Source of the DNA: Mobula birostris
Lineage: Eukaryota
Assembly: GCF_030028105.1 (NCBI RefSeq)
Contig: NC_092379.1
Coordinates: 16,504,719-16,568,718 of the forward strand
Direction: 5' to 3'
DNA: 64,000 nt
How positions within the stretch are numbered: position 1 is the first letter of the stretch; each line of letters starts with the position of its first letter. A program made the position numbers and the translations under genes. A model generated the notes under the pieces. That model worked only from the letters and a program-made list of their open reading frames with translations, had not been told where the DNA came from and searched no databases. Positions 1 through 12,389 of this stretch are shown here, one piece after another.

Positions 1-440
1 AAAAATTGCATTGGCAGTAGCTAAGAAGACTATAGCAGTTACTTGGAAATCTGATTCGTATTTAAGTATGGATCGTTGGAATAATGAAATGGCTAGTTCT
101 ATTCCACTTGAAAAAATTACTTATAATTTAAGAGATAAATATGTAACATTTTTGAATATTTGGCGCCCTTATTTACAAAAGATAGGATGGCATATTTAAG
201 TGCTCCGATAAAGATCTTGGTCCCTTGGGGAAAGTAATGAATAATTATACCAAATTTATTTTGAATCCCATGGAGCATGTGGAAACCTTCCAACACCCAG
301 GCGGTTCTTCTCTTTTTTTTTCTCTTTCTTTCTTTTTAGGTAGGACTATATATGGGGGGGGGAGGGTAGATTTTATCTTTTCATGTATTCTTTTTGAAAA
401 TTCAATAAAAATTATATTACAAAAAAGATATGGAAAGCTG
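1..440 (+). mobile_element. 3' end of an L1/Tx1-type LINE (ORF2 C-terminus and 3' UTR)
   Basis: ORF 11-199 (AKKTIAVTWKS...WNNEMASSIPLEKITY...FLNIWRPYL) resembles the C-terminus of fish-type L1 ORF2. It is followed by a T-rich UTR and an AATAAA/A-rich end near 405-428. Confidence 0.6.
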
Positions 441-444
441 TAAA

Positions 445-1458
445 TCTGCCTGGAGCAGGCTGTCCTCAAAAACGGAGTGACCGTGCAAGGAGGGGACTAG
501 TGAGGGAGTGGCTGAGATAGGAGAGACTGCGCATATAACAACTGTTGCCCAGGTGCTTCACCAGTCACAGGTTTAAGGGGGAGTGGCAAAGAGAAGGCCA
601 CTGTTGAAAAAAAAAGCTCCCATGAGATCTTGGCTAGATTCTGAGTCATCTGGAAGAAATTTCCATGATCTGATGAAACCAAAATTGAGCATTTTTGGCC
701 ATCTGACTAAATGCTATGTTTGGCATAAGCCAAACACCGCGCTCAATGAAAAACACACAATCCCTGCTGTGAAACATGGTGATGGCTGCATCATGCTGTG
801 GGGATGCTTCACTGCAGCAGGCCCTGGTAGGCTTGTGAAGGTAAAGGGTAAAATGAATGCTGCAAAATACAGGGAGATCCTGGAGGAAAACCTTATGCAG
901 TCTGCAAGAGAACTGCGACTGGGGAGCAGATTTGTTTTCCAGCAAGACAATGACCCCAAGCATAAAGCCAAAGCTACACAGGAATGGCTTAAAAACAACA
1001 AAGGTAATATCCTGGAGTGGCCAAGTCGGAGTCCAAACCTCAATCCAATTGAGAATTTGTGGTTGAAAAGGTCTGTTCACTCACGATCCCCATGCAACCT
1101 GGCAGAGTTGAGCAGTTTTATAAAGAAAATAGGGAAAAATTGCAGTGTCCAGATGTGCAAAGCTGATAGAGACCTATCCACACAGAGTCAAGGCTGTAAT
1201 TACTGCCAAAGGTGCATCTATTAGATACTGACCTGAAGGGGGTGAGTAATTAAGCAATCAATTATTTTGTGTTTAATAATTGTAATAAATTTGGACCAAT
1301 TTGTAGAAACTTGTTCTCACTTTGACACGAGTCTTCTGCTGTTGATCAGTGTCAAAAAAGCCAATTTAAATTGACTGTGATTCAATGTTGTAAAACAATA
1401 AAACATGAAAACTTCTGGGGGGGGGAGAGCGGGGTGAATACTTTTTATAGGATCTGTA
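445..1458 (+). mobile_element. Degenerate Tc1/mariner (DD34E) transposon, 5'-truncated
   Basis: Motifs SDETKI (frameshifted), VKHGDGCIMLWGCF, FQQDNDPKH and WPSRSPNLNPIENLW. There are 34 residues between the second D and the E. It ends in a Tc1-like terminus GTGAATACTTTT...CTG followed by TA (1457-1458). Confidence 0.85.
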
Positions 1459-2319
1459 GCTCCCTGATGTTGACTGGGTCACCCAATGTCAAGGGCAGAG
1501 AAATGGCAAATGGAGTTAAATCCGGGCGAGTGTGAGGTGTTGCCCTTTGGAAGGTGAAGTGTACAGGGACAGTACACGGTTAATGGTTGGACCCTAACAG
1601 TGTTGGTGTACAGAGAGACCTCAGGGTCTAAGTCCACAGCCCTCTGAAAGTGGCCACATGGGTCTAGCAGGTGGTAAAGAAGGCCTAAGGCATGTTTGTC
1701 TTTATTAGTGTAGGCATTTGAGTTCAGGGGTCAGAAAGTTATGTTCCAACTTCATAAAACTCTAGTCAGGCTGCTTCTGCAGTATTGCAATCAGTTCTGG
1801 TTGCCCCATTACAGGAAGGGTGTTGGGGTCTTTGGGGGGGGGGGTGCAGAAGTTCACCAAGATGATGCTACAAGGAGAGGCTGGACAAACTGAGGGGAGG
1901 CCTGATAGACACAGATAGAGTATACAGTCGGTATCTTTTTCCCCCCAGTTGGGAACGTCCAGTACCAGTCAGCAGGTATTTAAGGAGAGTGGTAAGTTCA
2001 AAGGCCGGGCAAGCTGCGACAGTGTGTTGTCAGTTCTGAGAGCTTCCAGTCAAGGGTCATTCCTGGAAAACACACTCTTCGATAGAGCAAACATTGCTGG
2101 GGTCAATATTTCCGAGTTCCTGAATTCACGGCCAGGGACGCAGTCCCACAAACTAAAAACATTGCTAACACCACAACAAGTCAACAAGGTGAGTGAGCAG
2201 CTTCCATCGAGCGAGCCCAAAGACAGGCAGCCTGATTTTCTGTGAGACAGAAGCGAGTGTTACCCAACTTTTAAATTCATTAAAAGTGGAACTCTCTCTC
2301 CAAGATAGACGTGAAGTAC

Positions 2320-3160
2320 ACCACCTGCAACACGTATCAAAGTTGCTGGTGAACGCAGCAGGCCAGGCAGCATCTGTAGGAAGAGGTGCAGTCAACTTTT
2401 CAGGCCGAGACCCTTCGTCAGGACTAACTGAAGGAAGAGTGAGTAAGGGATTTGAAAGTTGGAGGGGGAGGAGGAGATCCAAAATGATAGGAGATGACAG
2501 GAGGGGGAGGGATAGAGCCAAGAGCTGGACAGGTGATAGGCAAAAGGGATATGAGAGGATCATGGGACAGGAGGTCCAGGGAGAAGGAAAAGGGGGAGTG
2601 GGGGGAAAAAACCCAGAGGATGGTCAAGGGGTATAGTGCAGGGAGAAAAAGGAGAGAAAAAGAATGTGTGTATATAAATAAATAACGGATGGGGTACGAG
2701 GGGGAGGTGGGGCCTAGCGGAAGTTAGGGAAGTCAATGTTCATGCCATCAGGTTGGAGGCTACCCAGACGGAATATAAGGTGTTGTTCCTCCAACCTGAG
2801 TGTGGCTTCATCTTTACAGTAGAGGAGACCGTGGATAGACACGTCAGAATGGGAATGGGATGTGGAATTAAAATGTGTGGCCACTGGGAGATCCTGCTTT
2901 CTCTGGCGGACAGAGCGTAGGTGTTTAGCAAAGCGGTCTCCCAGTCTGCGTCGGGTCTCGCCAATGTATAGAAGGCCACATCGGGAGCACTCACAGATGA
3001 AGTGTCGCCTCAGCAGTGAGTCAGCGGGGGTGATATATTGCGTCCGGTGCTCCCGTCGATTGCACCTCTTCCCGGAGATGCTGCCTGGCCTGCTACGTTC
3101 ACCAGCAACTTTGATGTGTGTTGCTTGAAATTCCAGCATCTGCAGAATTCCTTGTGTTTA
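2320..3160 (-). mobile_element. Penelope-like element fragment (GIY-YIG endonuclease end) with inverted terminal segments
   Basis: ORF 2714-3139(-) contains LYIGETRRRLGDRFAKHLRSV...PVATHFN...LEEQHLIFRLGSLQPDGMNIDF. Segments ~2335-2390 and ~3070-3125 are inverted copies. Confidence 0.85.
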
Positions 3161-3479
3161 AGTCTACCGCCTGACCTGTTTTTATAAAATGTTAAATGGT
3201 CAGCTCGACATAGATTACCAATCCCACAACAAACCCAAACCCATTAGGAGCAACTGCGAGTAGGCGAGGGGAAGAGGGAGCACCATGGGAGGGGGCGCTG
3301 TGGGAGGGGAGTACTAAGGGGGAAGGGTGGAGGGCATATTTACTTTGGACAATGTCTTTAGATTACAACAAACCTATTATAAATCGCACTGATGCACGGA
3401 CTTTATTTTACCTAGTTTCTGACTGCAATAAATTAATTTGTGACAAATAAATTATTTTATTTTAATCCCTGCCTCACCT

Positions 3480-3692
3480 CTGATTGACATTCTCCGGGGG
3501 CAATCGGAGCGGAGCGTTCGCAATAATGATGGGGCTCTTGGCTGACGTCACACGTTCCCTTTACTATCAGACGTTACCCCTCCTCCGCCCTAGCCAATCA
3601 AAGGGCTGGAACGGTGTGATGTAGTTGGATGGGGGAGGCTCCCCATTGATAAAAGCGGGCGGCGGAGGAGCAGTGGTTTACGACCAGGAACG
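3480..3692 (+). promoter_or_regulatory. PNP proximal promoter in a CpG island
   Basis: Perfect CRE TGACGTCA (3543-3550), GC box CCTCCGCCC (~3582-3590), CCAAT (3594-3598) and TATA-like GATAAAA (3648-3654) lie upstream of the ATG at 3693. CpG-rich sequence continues through intron 1. Confidence 0.7.
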
Positions 3693-3715
3693 ATGGCGCC
3701 CGGTGAGAGGAGTGG
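3693..3715 (+). CDS. PNP: PNP exon 1 (MAPGERS-G)
   Basis: ATG at 3693 and GTAAG donor at 3716. Phase 2 joins exon 2 to give G-YTYEEY. Confidence 0.8.
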
Positions 3716-4431
3716 GTAAGATCTGGGCTCCATAAATCCTTGTCTAGAAATAGTGATAATATTAACAATACAAAATAAAAAGCCGCTACGCTGCAGATAG
3801 GAGGGAGCCGGGACTGCGGGGGTCGGACCGGATGCTGCCTGGGTTGGGTTGACAGGAGGCAGTGTGAACCGCATTGTGAGCCCCGTGTGCGTGTGCGCGG
3901 TGTGCTGGCGACCCTGGGGTGCCTCTACGTGTGTGTGTGTGTGCAGGTGCGCATGAGAGGGAATGGTGTGACCGTGTGTGTGTGTCTGTGTCTCACTCCA
4001 CGTGAGTGGATGCGTTCCGGTTGATGGGAACCTGCTCGGCGCCGCCCCACGACCCGACCCCCCCCCCCCCCGCAACGTCTCTCCCTGATCTCCGGCCTCC
4101 AGGCTCACTGGCCGGAGGGACCGCGGGGCGGAGGGCAGCTGCCGCAAATCCGCCCGCTCATCTCTAAACGGGACAGTGGTACATGATTCCACCCCCCCCC
4201 CCCGGGTGCCTTTACGTGAGTCACCGGCGGTGATGCTCATTACGGGCACAGAGGGAGGCTGGTTTCGCGTCTGTGATTCACCCTGCCCGACTCCCCCCGG
4301 GGGGGGGGGGATTTTTGCGCACTAATAGAACAGCACGCAAACTCCACGAGGGGGGATATCGGAGGTGAACGCCGCTGCGGGACGGGGTTGCCTGCTCAGG
4401 ATGTAAGGTGGATGCCTGGTCTCTCCTGCAG

Positions 4432-4601
4432 ATACACCTATGAGGAATACAAGGCTACAGCGGACTGGCTGCTGTCCCAGACGCAGCACCGGCCCACCAT
4501 CGCCATCATCTGCGGCTCCGGCCTCGGGGCTCTCGCTGACACTCTGAAGGATCCGGTTAAACTCCAGTACTGTGATATCCCCAACTTCCCCACCACTTCG
4601 G
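4432..4601 (+). CDS. PNP: PNP exon 2
   Basis: CTGCAG acceptor and GTAAG donor, 170 nt. Encodes YTYEEYKATADWLL...IAIICGSGLG...IPNFPTTS. Confidence 0.95.
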
Positions 4602-4799
4602 GTAAGGTTCAACCCCCCCCCCCCCCCACCCTCTCCCGCTCTCCCGACGCGTCCCCACTCATTCTCCGCCACTCCCGCTCCCCTTGCCGGTTGGTCTCAC
4701 TCGGCCCCCGCCACATGCCTGCCCCCCTCGCATTCATGCCCGTCCCCCGTCCCCCTCCCCCTCATACATACACTGACCAACTCCCTCACTGTGTTCCAG

Positions 4800-4903
4800 T
4801 GGCTGGCCACGTGGGGCGGCTGGTGTTCGGGACCCTGAATGGGAAGGGTTGTGTCTGCATGCAAGGCCGATTTCACCTGTACGAGGGACACGCCGTCTGG
4901 AAG
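4800..4903 (+). CDS. PNP: PNP exon 3
   Basis: TTCCAG acceptor and GT donor, 104 nt. Encodes VAGHVGRLVFG...MQGRFHLYEG. Confidence 0.95.
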
Positions 4904-5189
4904 GTGAAGTGGGGGTGAGGGCAATAAGGTTGGATTTGAGGAGGCTGAGGTCAGGGATCAAGGTTGGGGAAGTTCAAAGTCATTGGGTGAGTATGGGTGG
5001 GGGGATGTTGAGGGCCATGGGTCAGTGATTTGGAATGCTGTGCCTTGGGGTCAGATTTCATTGGTTGGGAGTTCTTCAGTGATGGTCAGGGTCCAGGGGT
5101 TGGCGAAGTTGGGGTCGGGCATTAAAGATGGTAGTCAGGGGCTGTGGGTGAGGGTTCAGAGTCCCATGGTGACATCCCTGTGCCCACAG

Positions 5190-5365
5190 ACCACGTTCCC
5201 GATCCGGGTGTTCCAGCTGATTGGGGTGAAGACGCTGATTGTCACCAATGCCTCGGGGGGCCTGAACGCCGACTACAAGGTGGGCGACATCATGCTGGTG
5301 AAGGACCACATTAACCTGCCTGGCTTCGCGGGGGTCAACCCTCTGGTGGGACCCAACGAGGAGAG
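5190..5365 (+). CDS. PNP: PNP exon 4
   Basis: CCACAG acceptor and GTGAGT donor, 176 nt. Encodes TTFPIRV...TNASGGLN...DHINLPG. Confidence 0.95.
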
Positions 5366-5597
5366 GTGAGTCGGGGGGGGGGGGTGCCTGATGAGTGGTC
5401 AGTGTGAGAACGGCTGGGTGGGTCAGCCTGAAGGAGGGGGGGGTCAGGAGTCAGCTGGGGAGGGGAAGAGGGTCTGGGTGGGGGGGTGGTGAGGGCAATA
5501 GGGGCAACACATAGGCTAAAGGATCTACATCTGGATCCTGGTAATCTGAATTCCTGTTTTCTCTCCCCACCCCCCCGGGTCATACTCTTCCCCCCAG

Positions 5598-5788
5598 GTT
5601 TGGCGAGCGCTTCCCTTGCATGTCGGATGCCTATGACAAGGAGTTGCGGAGTCTGGCTGCTGAGGTGTCCCGGGACCTGGACCCCTGCGGCATCCTCCGC
5701 GAAGGCATCTACTGCGCCCTGGGCGGCCCGTCGTACGAGACCATCGCGGAGTGCCGGATGCTGAGGGCACTGGGAGCGGACGCCGTGG
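5598..5788 (+). CDS. PNP: PNP exon 5
   Basis: CCCCAG acceptor and GTGGGT donor, 191 nt. Encodes FGERFPCMSDAYD...GGPSYETIAEC...LGADAVG. Confidence 0.95.
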
Positions 5789-6877
5789 GTGGGTGCCGCT
5801 GTCTGTCTCTGGTTCAGCAGTGAGAGTGATCTGACTGAGGGTGGTTTTTGGGGGGGAGGGGAAGAGATGTGGTGGGGTTTGAATGTCAGAAGTGGTGGGA
5901 TCACAGAGCACCACAGCACAGGCAGGCCATTCAGGCCATCTAGTCCATACTGGCCTAAGTCCCATCTACCTGTACCTGGACCCTCTGTACCCCTCTCATC
6001 CAAAACTTCATTACAATTGAACAAACCTCACTTTCATTGGCAGCTCATTCCGCACACACCCCTTCTGAGTGAAGAAGTTCCCCTCAGATATCCCCTTAAA
6101 TATTTCACCTTTCACCCTGAACCTGTGACCTCTAGTTCTAGTCTCACCCAACCTGAGGGTGATGCATGCAGGCAGACTATCTATATACCTCTCAATTTAG
6201 TTGCCCGGAATGCAGGAGAATGAGGGGAGGTCTCATATAACAGGGGTTCCTAATCTTTGGCACCATGAACTCTTACTATTAACTGAGGAGTCTGTGGACC
6301 CCTGATTGGGAATCTCTGATTTATGAAGGCCAAAAGTTCTCTTTATGACCCCATTGCCTGTGATGCCACTTTCAAAGAATACTGAATGCATACAAAGTCC
6401 TAATTTATTCAAGCTTTCTCTATAAATCAGTTACTTCAGTCTCAGCTACATCCTTGTAAAAGTTCTTCTGCATTCTTTCAATTGTATTTATATTTCCTGT
6501 AGGAGGGTGACCAAAATAATATTCTGTATTAAGTCTCGCTAATGTCTTGTACAATTTCGACATAACTTCCCATATCCTGTACTCAATTCATTAATTTATG
6601 AAGGCCAAAGTGCCAAAAGCTTTCTTTACGACCCTATCAACCTGTGATGCCACGTTCAACAAATAATGGATCTGTATCCCCAGATCCCTCTGTTCTAGTG
6701 AGAGATAGAGGAGCCCCAGTTTCCAGTCTCGATTGGGTTAAAATGGGTGCCAATAGAAATGAGTGTACACTAGTTTTTCTAACCAATGGGAGCAACTAGA
6801 CCAGGGGCTCCCAGCCCTTTTTAATGCCATGGACTCTTAACTTTAACTGAGGGAAGCCCTGAACTAGATGGAGCCTA

Positions 6878-7473
6878 ACTCTGTGTCTGACCCCGGGAGT
6901 GTGTGATGGGACGGTGTGGAGGGAGCTTCACTCTGTGTCTGACCCCGGGAGTGTGTGATGGGACGGTGTGGATGGAGATTCACTCTGTGTCTGACCCCGG
7001 GAGTGTGTGATGGGACGGTGTGGAGGGAGTTTCACAGTTTCACTCTGTGTCTGACCCCGGGAGTGTGTGATGGGACGGTGTGGAGGGAGATTCACTCTGT
7101 GTCTGACCGCGGGAGTGTGTGATGGGACGGTGTGGAGGGAGTTTCACTCTGTGTCTGACCCCGGGAGTGTGTGATGGGACGGTGTGGATGAAGATTCACT
7201 CTGTGTCTGACCCCGGGAGTGTGTGATGGGACGGTGTGGAGGGAGATTCACTCTGTGTCTGACCCCGGGAGTGTGTGATGCGACAGTGTGGAGGGAGATT
7301 CACTCTGTGTCTGACCCCGGGAGTGTGTGATGGGACGGTGTGGATGGAGATTCACTCTGTGTCTGACCCCGGGAGTGTGTGATGGGAGACGGTGTGGAGG
7401 GAGTTTCACTGTGTGTCTGACCCCGGGAGTGTGTGATGGGACGGTGTGGAGGGAATATCATTGTGTCTGACCT
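6878..7473. repeat. 52-bp minisatellite in PNP intron 5 (~11 units)
   Basis: Unit TTCACTCTGTGTCTGACCCCGGGAGTGTGTGATGGGACGGTGTGGAGGGAGA. The array ends about 30 nt before the exon 6 acceptor. Confidence 0.95.
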
Positions 7474-7507
7474 GTTGTGGAATTTTACCCCCCCCCCCCC
7501 CCCCCAG

Positions 7508-7725
7508 GAATGAGCACGACCCACGAAGTGATCACTGCCCGTCACTGCAAGCTGCGAGTCCTGGGGCTGTCGCTGGTCACCAACAAGGTGGTGATGGACT
7601 ACGAGAGTGAGGAGCGGGCCAACCATGAGGAGGTCCTGCAGTCCAGCAAGCACAGTGCTGAGCTCCTGGAGAAGCTGGTGACCCACATTGTGGCCCGGAT
7701 GGACTGCAGTAGGAACACCTCCTGA
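7508..7725 (+). CDS. PNP: PNP exon 6 (terminal coding exon)
   Basis: Poly-C/CAG acceptor. Encodes GMSTTHEV...[20 protein letters not shown]...TGA. The six exons sum to 882 nt (293 aa plus stop). The Glu (YET), Asn (TNK) and His (ANHEEV) residues of trimeric 6-oxopurine PNP are retained. Confidence 0.95.
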
Positions 7726-8920
7726 GGGTCCTGTGCTGGACTTGACCCTACCTTCCCTCCCTCCCTCACTCCCTTTCAGCCCCCTCCCCCACACCCCTCC
7801 TTTTTACCTCAAGGCAATCTGCCCCAGCTCCAATAATTAAATGAGCTGATTCCCAACTTTAGGAGGAGCGGTTCATTCTCCACAGCTAACCACCTCTCAC
7901 TCCATCTCCAGGCATCCAAGGAGCTGGGCCCTTCCCCCAGTGCGATGATGTCCGACTCCAACTGACCAATGGGCTCCCTCCCTGTCGCATGGAAAGGATC
8001 CAGTAGACCAATCAGGAGATCCCAAGGGTCTCATTTACCAATGAGCTGGCCATTTAATTTGTGGAGTCAGGTTGACCAATGGGGAAGCCCCATGGTGCTG
8101 TGAAGGGTCCAGTACTCCAATGGGGAAGCCTTGTGATGCCAGTTTACCACTGGGGTCTGTGGAGTTTGAGAGGAGGTTTGTGATTGGATGATTGAGTTGT
8201 GGGAAGCCCAATCCTATGCCTGTTTGCATTGACATGGTTTGCTTGTTAGAATTTCTGGGACCAAACTATCGTTATAGTTATTTAATCAGAGGTTTTTGTA
8301 CAGTGTGCTGGTGAGGGGGAGAGAACTGTCCACCTTTATCATGGTTCACATCCAGGGTGGAGAGTTCCCTGCCCCTGCTTGCTCGCTCTCTTCCTGAGGG
8401 ACACCTGTCTACTAACTGGTGTCTCTCAGTCTCCCTCAGGGGGGAAGATCTGTGCACTGAACTCTTTATCTATATGTATTTGAAATTTATTTATTATGTT
8501 TAGTTCTGCTCAGTCTTCTGTACTGTACTGTGTATGTGGGTCCTCAGGATGTGAAAGGACTATGACAAACCCCTCGTCATTGTGGGGTTAGTCCCCGTAG
8601 CCTGGGCCAAGTGGGGAAATAACTTTGCTGACCTCTGCATTCACAATCCCTACCAGCAGCTTTGCCTCCCTGGCAGACTTCGTGTCCATTTTGTGTGTGG
8701 GTGGGGGGAGGGGGGAGTCATTGGTCTGGTGGCCACCACTGCTATGAGTGGGTGGGAGAGAGGAGGACAGGACCTGTGACTGTGTCTGGGTGAAGGGATA
8801 CTTTCACCTGGGGGTGAAGTCTGCTTCAGGAAACAAAACTGGGAGTCCTCACTAATTTATATTTAACGATGCTAACTTTCCTCCGTGTGACGCAAAGTCT
8901 GTAACTCGTCATAGAAGCAA

Positions 8921-8926
8921 AATAAA
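8921..8926 (+). terminator. Candidate PNP polyadenylation signal
   Basis: AATAAA at the end of about 1.2 kb of non-repeat sequence after the stop codon, with an AU-rich tract near 8485-8500. Not verifiable without transcript data. Confidence 0.35.
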
Positions 8927-9109
8927 AGTCAGAAAGACTTGGTGGCTGTGTGTTTTAACGATAGGAGCTCGGGCTGGGGGGGTCACGGGTGGGGACTCAA
9001 ATTCTACTCCCTATTGAGTCGAAGGTGGAGGATGGATTGTGGGGAGGGCGAGTGAGGAGATGGGGTCATCCTAACACAAGACATTCTGCAGATGCAGGAA
9101 TTCCAGAGT

Positions 9110-10290
9110 ACTTTCCTGTCCGTTACGCTGGCGTTTAGGGCAGCAATGAAGGTCCTCCATCTCTGTTGGCATTTGGGGCTTCCATCAGCTCAGTTTTCAC
9201 TACTATCAGTCATGCGAGTTCTGGGTGGGGTCTTGGGAATACCATCACACTCAGATGTAGAAGGCTTCTTCATTGCTGTTTCTGTAACAGTTTTGTTTGA
9301 CCAGTCAGGGTTGTTAGCCCTGAGCTGAGCCCCCGAACCTGGAGGACCGGTGTGCCACTCTTAGTCCGATCTCTACCCTTTGACCTTACCAAGAGCCAAA
9401 GCATAAAGCCCAGACTCCAGCCAACATCACTCTCCAGATCATTGAGGCACACAAGCCTCCAAACCCTACGCTGAGGTTGTGGTCCTCTTAGCGGGGAAAT
9501 CCAGCGTTACACTTGAAATGCTAGAGGAACTCAGTAAACCAGGTGGCATCTATGGAGAGGAATAAAGAGATAATTTTTCAGGATGTGACCCTCTATGATG
9601 CTCAAAACATCAGCTCATTACTCCTCTCTGTTGATGCCGCCTGACTACTGTGTCCCTCCAGCATCTTCTGTATTACCCTGGGCAATCCTCTTTCTCCTCG
9701 TCACATCTGGTCTCCACATCCCTCCTGATCCTGATTATCCCCCACCTTCACTGGTCCTCTGCTGAAATGAGTCCCTGGAAGAAGGTGAGTCCTCTTCCAA
9801 ATGCCCACGGCCGCCTGACGGAGAGCATTTGTACTGGTGGCATCCGAATGCACCAGCAGCTCGGTAAAACTCTGGCTAGGCCACGCTCCCTCTGAGAGGA
9901 CCACAAAGTCGTCGTAGGGTTTGGAGGCTTGTGTACCTCAATGACCCGGAGAGCTACGTTGGCTGGAGTCGGGGCTTAATGCTTTGGCTCTTGATAGGGT
10001 CACCCATGCTCAACAGGTCAAAGGGTAGAGGCTAGTGGTCCACCTCTAGGTTCGGGAGTTCAGCTCAGGGCTAACAACCCTGGATGGTCAAGCAAAGTTG
10101 TTATAGAAACAGCAATAAAGAATCCTTCTATGTCTCAGGGCGCTGGTATTCCTGAATCTGCAAGGACTTGCGTGACTGATAGTAGTGAAAACGGAGAGGA
10201 AGCTACTGACATGATGAAGGAAGCCCTGAACACCACCAGAGATTGAGGACCTTCAGTGCTGCCCAAAACGCCAGAGGCGTAACAGGCCGT
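9110..10290. mobile_element. Two copies of an RTE-like LINE 5' region in inverted orientation (~9110-9500 minus, ~9895-10290 plus)
   Basis: Shared sequence GTCGTAGGGTTTG...CTCAATGACC...GGTCACCCATGC...CAGGTCAAAGGGTAGAG...GGGCTAACAACCC. A third copy lies at ~13890-14180. The family assignment is by resemblance to Rex3/RTE 5' UTRs. Confidence 0.55.
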
Positions 10291-12389
10291 AATGAAGTAG
10301 ACCACATTTGGAATATAGTGTTCAGTTCTGGGGGCATCATTATAGGAGGGATGTGAAAGCTTTAGAGAGGGTGCAGAGGAGATTTATCAGGATACTGTCT
10401 GAATTAGTGAGCATGTCATATGAGGAAAGGTTGAGTAAGCTGGGGATTTTCCTCTTTGGTGCGAATGAGGGTGGGAGGTGATATGACAGAGTGGATAAGC
10501 AGTATATTTTTCCTGGAGTGGAAATGCTAACATGAGAGATGATGGGGGTATTAGAGTTTAGTTCTTTGTGTGGAGTTTCCTGCTAAGGGCAGTGATAGAG
10601 GCAGATATGTTAGCGACATGCAGGATGTGGGAGCAAACCAGGCCATTCAGCCCATCAGGGCTCTGACATTACATCATGGCTGATTTATTTTCTTCTCTCC
10701 CCACCAAAAAAAAAACACTTCTCCCTGTAACCTTCGCCCTGACCAGTCCAGATCCGATCAGCCTCTGCTTTAAGAGACTTAAGCACCTGGATGAAAGGGT
10801 GGCAGGGGGAATAGAGGGCGACGTGGGAGGGAAGGGTGAGGTTGACGCTCGAGCCTGCTTAACGGTCATCAGAGCATTGTGGGCCAGAGGGCCGGTACTG
10901 GTGTCTGGGCCGCAGCAGGTAGCGGGTGCGGCCAGCTCTGTCACAAGCACATGCTGCCGCAGCTCGAGGACACCTTCACCAGGTAGTGCCCCAGGAAGGT
11001 GGTAGCCACCACTGAGGACCTTTGCCAACTGGGCCATGCCCTCTTCTCACCGTTACTGTCAGTGAGAAGGTACAGGAGCCTGAAGACACACACACACACA
11101 CAGAAATTCAGGAACAGCTTCTTCCCCTCTGCCATCAGCGTTAGGGGACAGTCCTCATTATTCCTTTTCAGTTATTTATTTGTTTTTTTTGTAACTCGGG
11201 GTAACTTTTGTGCCTTCTGTTGCACTGCTGCAAAAACGAGAAGTTTCATGCTGACGTCAGTGGAAGTAAACCTGATTCTTCAGAGAGACTGCAGGGGAGA
11301 TTCCCTGGGAGGGAGGGCTTCAGTCACAAGGATAGACCTGGAGCACTGGGATGGTGGTGGTGGGGGGGGGGTCCTGATGAGGGTGTACGGGCTGGTGAGG
11401 TTCCGCATGCTAGATCGTCATTGCAGGTGGGTAAGGGTCCGGTCCGGCAGCACCTGGAGTAACGCGCTCGGTTCTGGTCACCTCGTCGTAGGGAAAGATG
11501 TGGCGGTCCCGGAGAGGGCGCGGAAGGGGCTCACCAGGTTGCTGCCTGGATTAGAGGGCACGAGAAGAGGCTGGGCAAACTTGGGTTGTTTTTCCTGGAA
11601 TGGCAGAGGCTGAAAGGAGACCTGATGGCTGTTAGGAGAGGCACGGATGGTGTAGACAGCCAGTATCGTTATCCCCCAGGGTAGTAATGTCTCATACTAG
11701 AGGGTATGCATTTAAGGTGAAATGGAGATGTGTGGGGCAGTTTTTTACACTTCCCGGAATATTCTGCCGAGGGTGATGGAGGAAGTAGATACCACAGAGG
11801 TGTTTAAGAAGCTGTTAGACACGTCCAGGAAGAAGGCATTTAGTTTTATTTAGTATTTTGGTTAGCACAGGCGCTGTGGGCCAAAGGGCCTGTTCCCGTG
11901 AGGGCTGCTGTCTGTCCTATGCCCACCCCCCAACACCACAGGACTGCCGACGATGTTCTTCCCAGTGTGGGGAGCACAGACAGGGGTACAGGAAGCCACA
12001 TGGGGTGGGGAAGCTGTACACGTAGAGCTGAGCATTCCGGATACTGCCACGCCTCATCCCCCTCTGGGTGGGCTGGATTCCGTCTACCCGGCGGCTGCGG
12101 GGAAGTTTGGGTTTGAGTTTCAGAAGCTGCTGCGGGGTCCAGGGTCGAGAATGTTCTCCGGTCTCGTGTTGTTGGCTGGAGTCTCTCTCTCTCCCCGCCA
12201 CCCCTCTGCTCATTCACAGGCTGGAAGGAAGGAAAGAGGGTGAGTAAGCGTGTGATCAAAGGGGCAGAAAATCTGTGACTGGTATTGTACCCACAGGGAA
12301 GGGTGCTGTGGCTCTTCCTAATGTTGAGTAGGAGTAGAATTAGGCCATTTGGCCCATTGAGTCTGCTCCGCCATTTCATCATGGCTGAT

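Noticed and set aside
3590-4322. 219-aa antisense ORF over the PNP promoter and intron 1
   Set aside because: It reflects GC-rich CpG-island and (GT)n sequence with few stops and has no recognisable domain.
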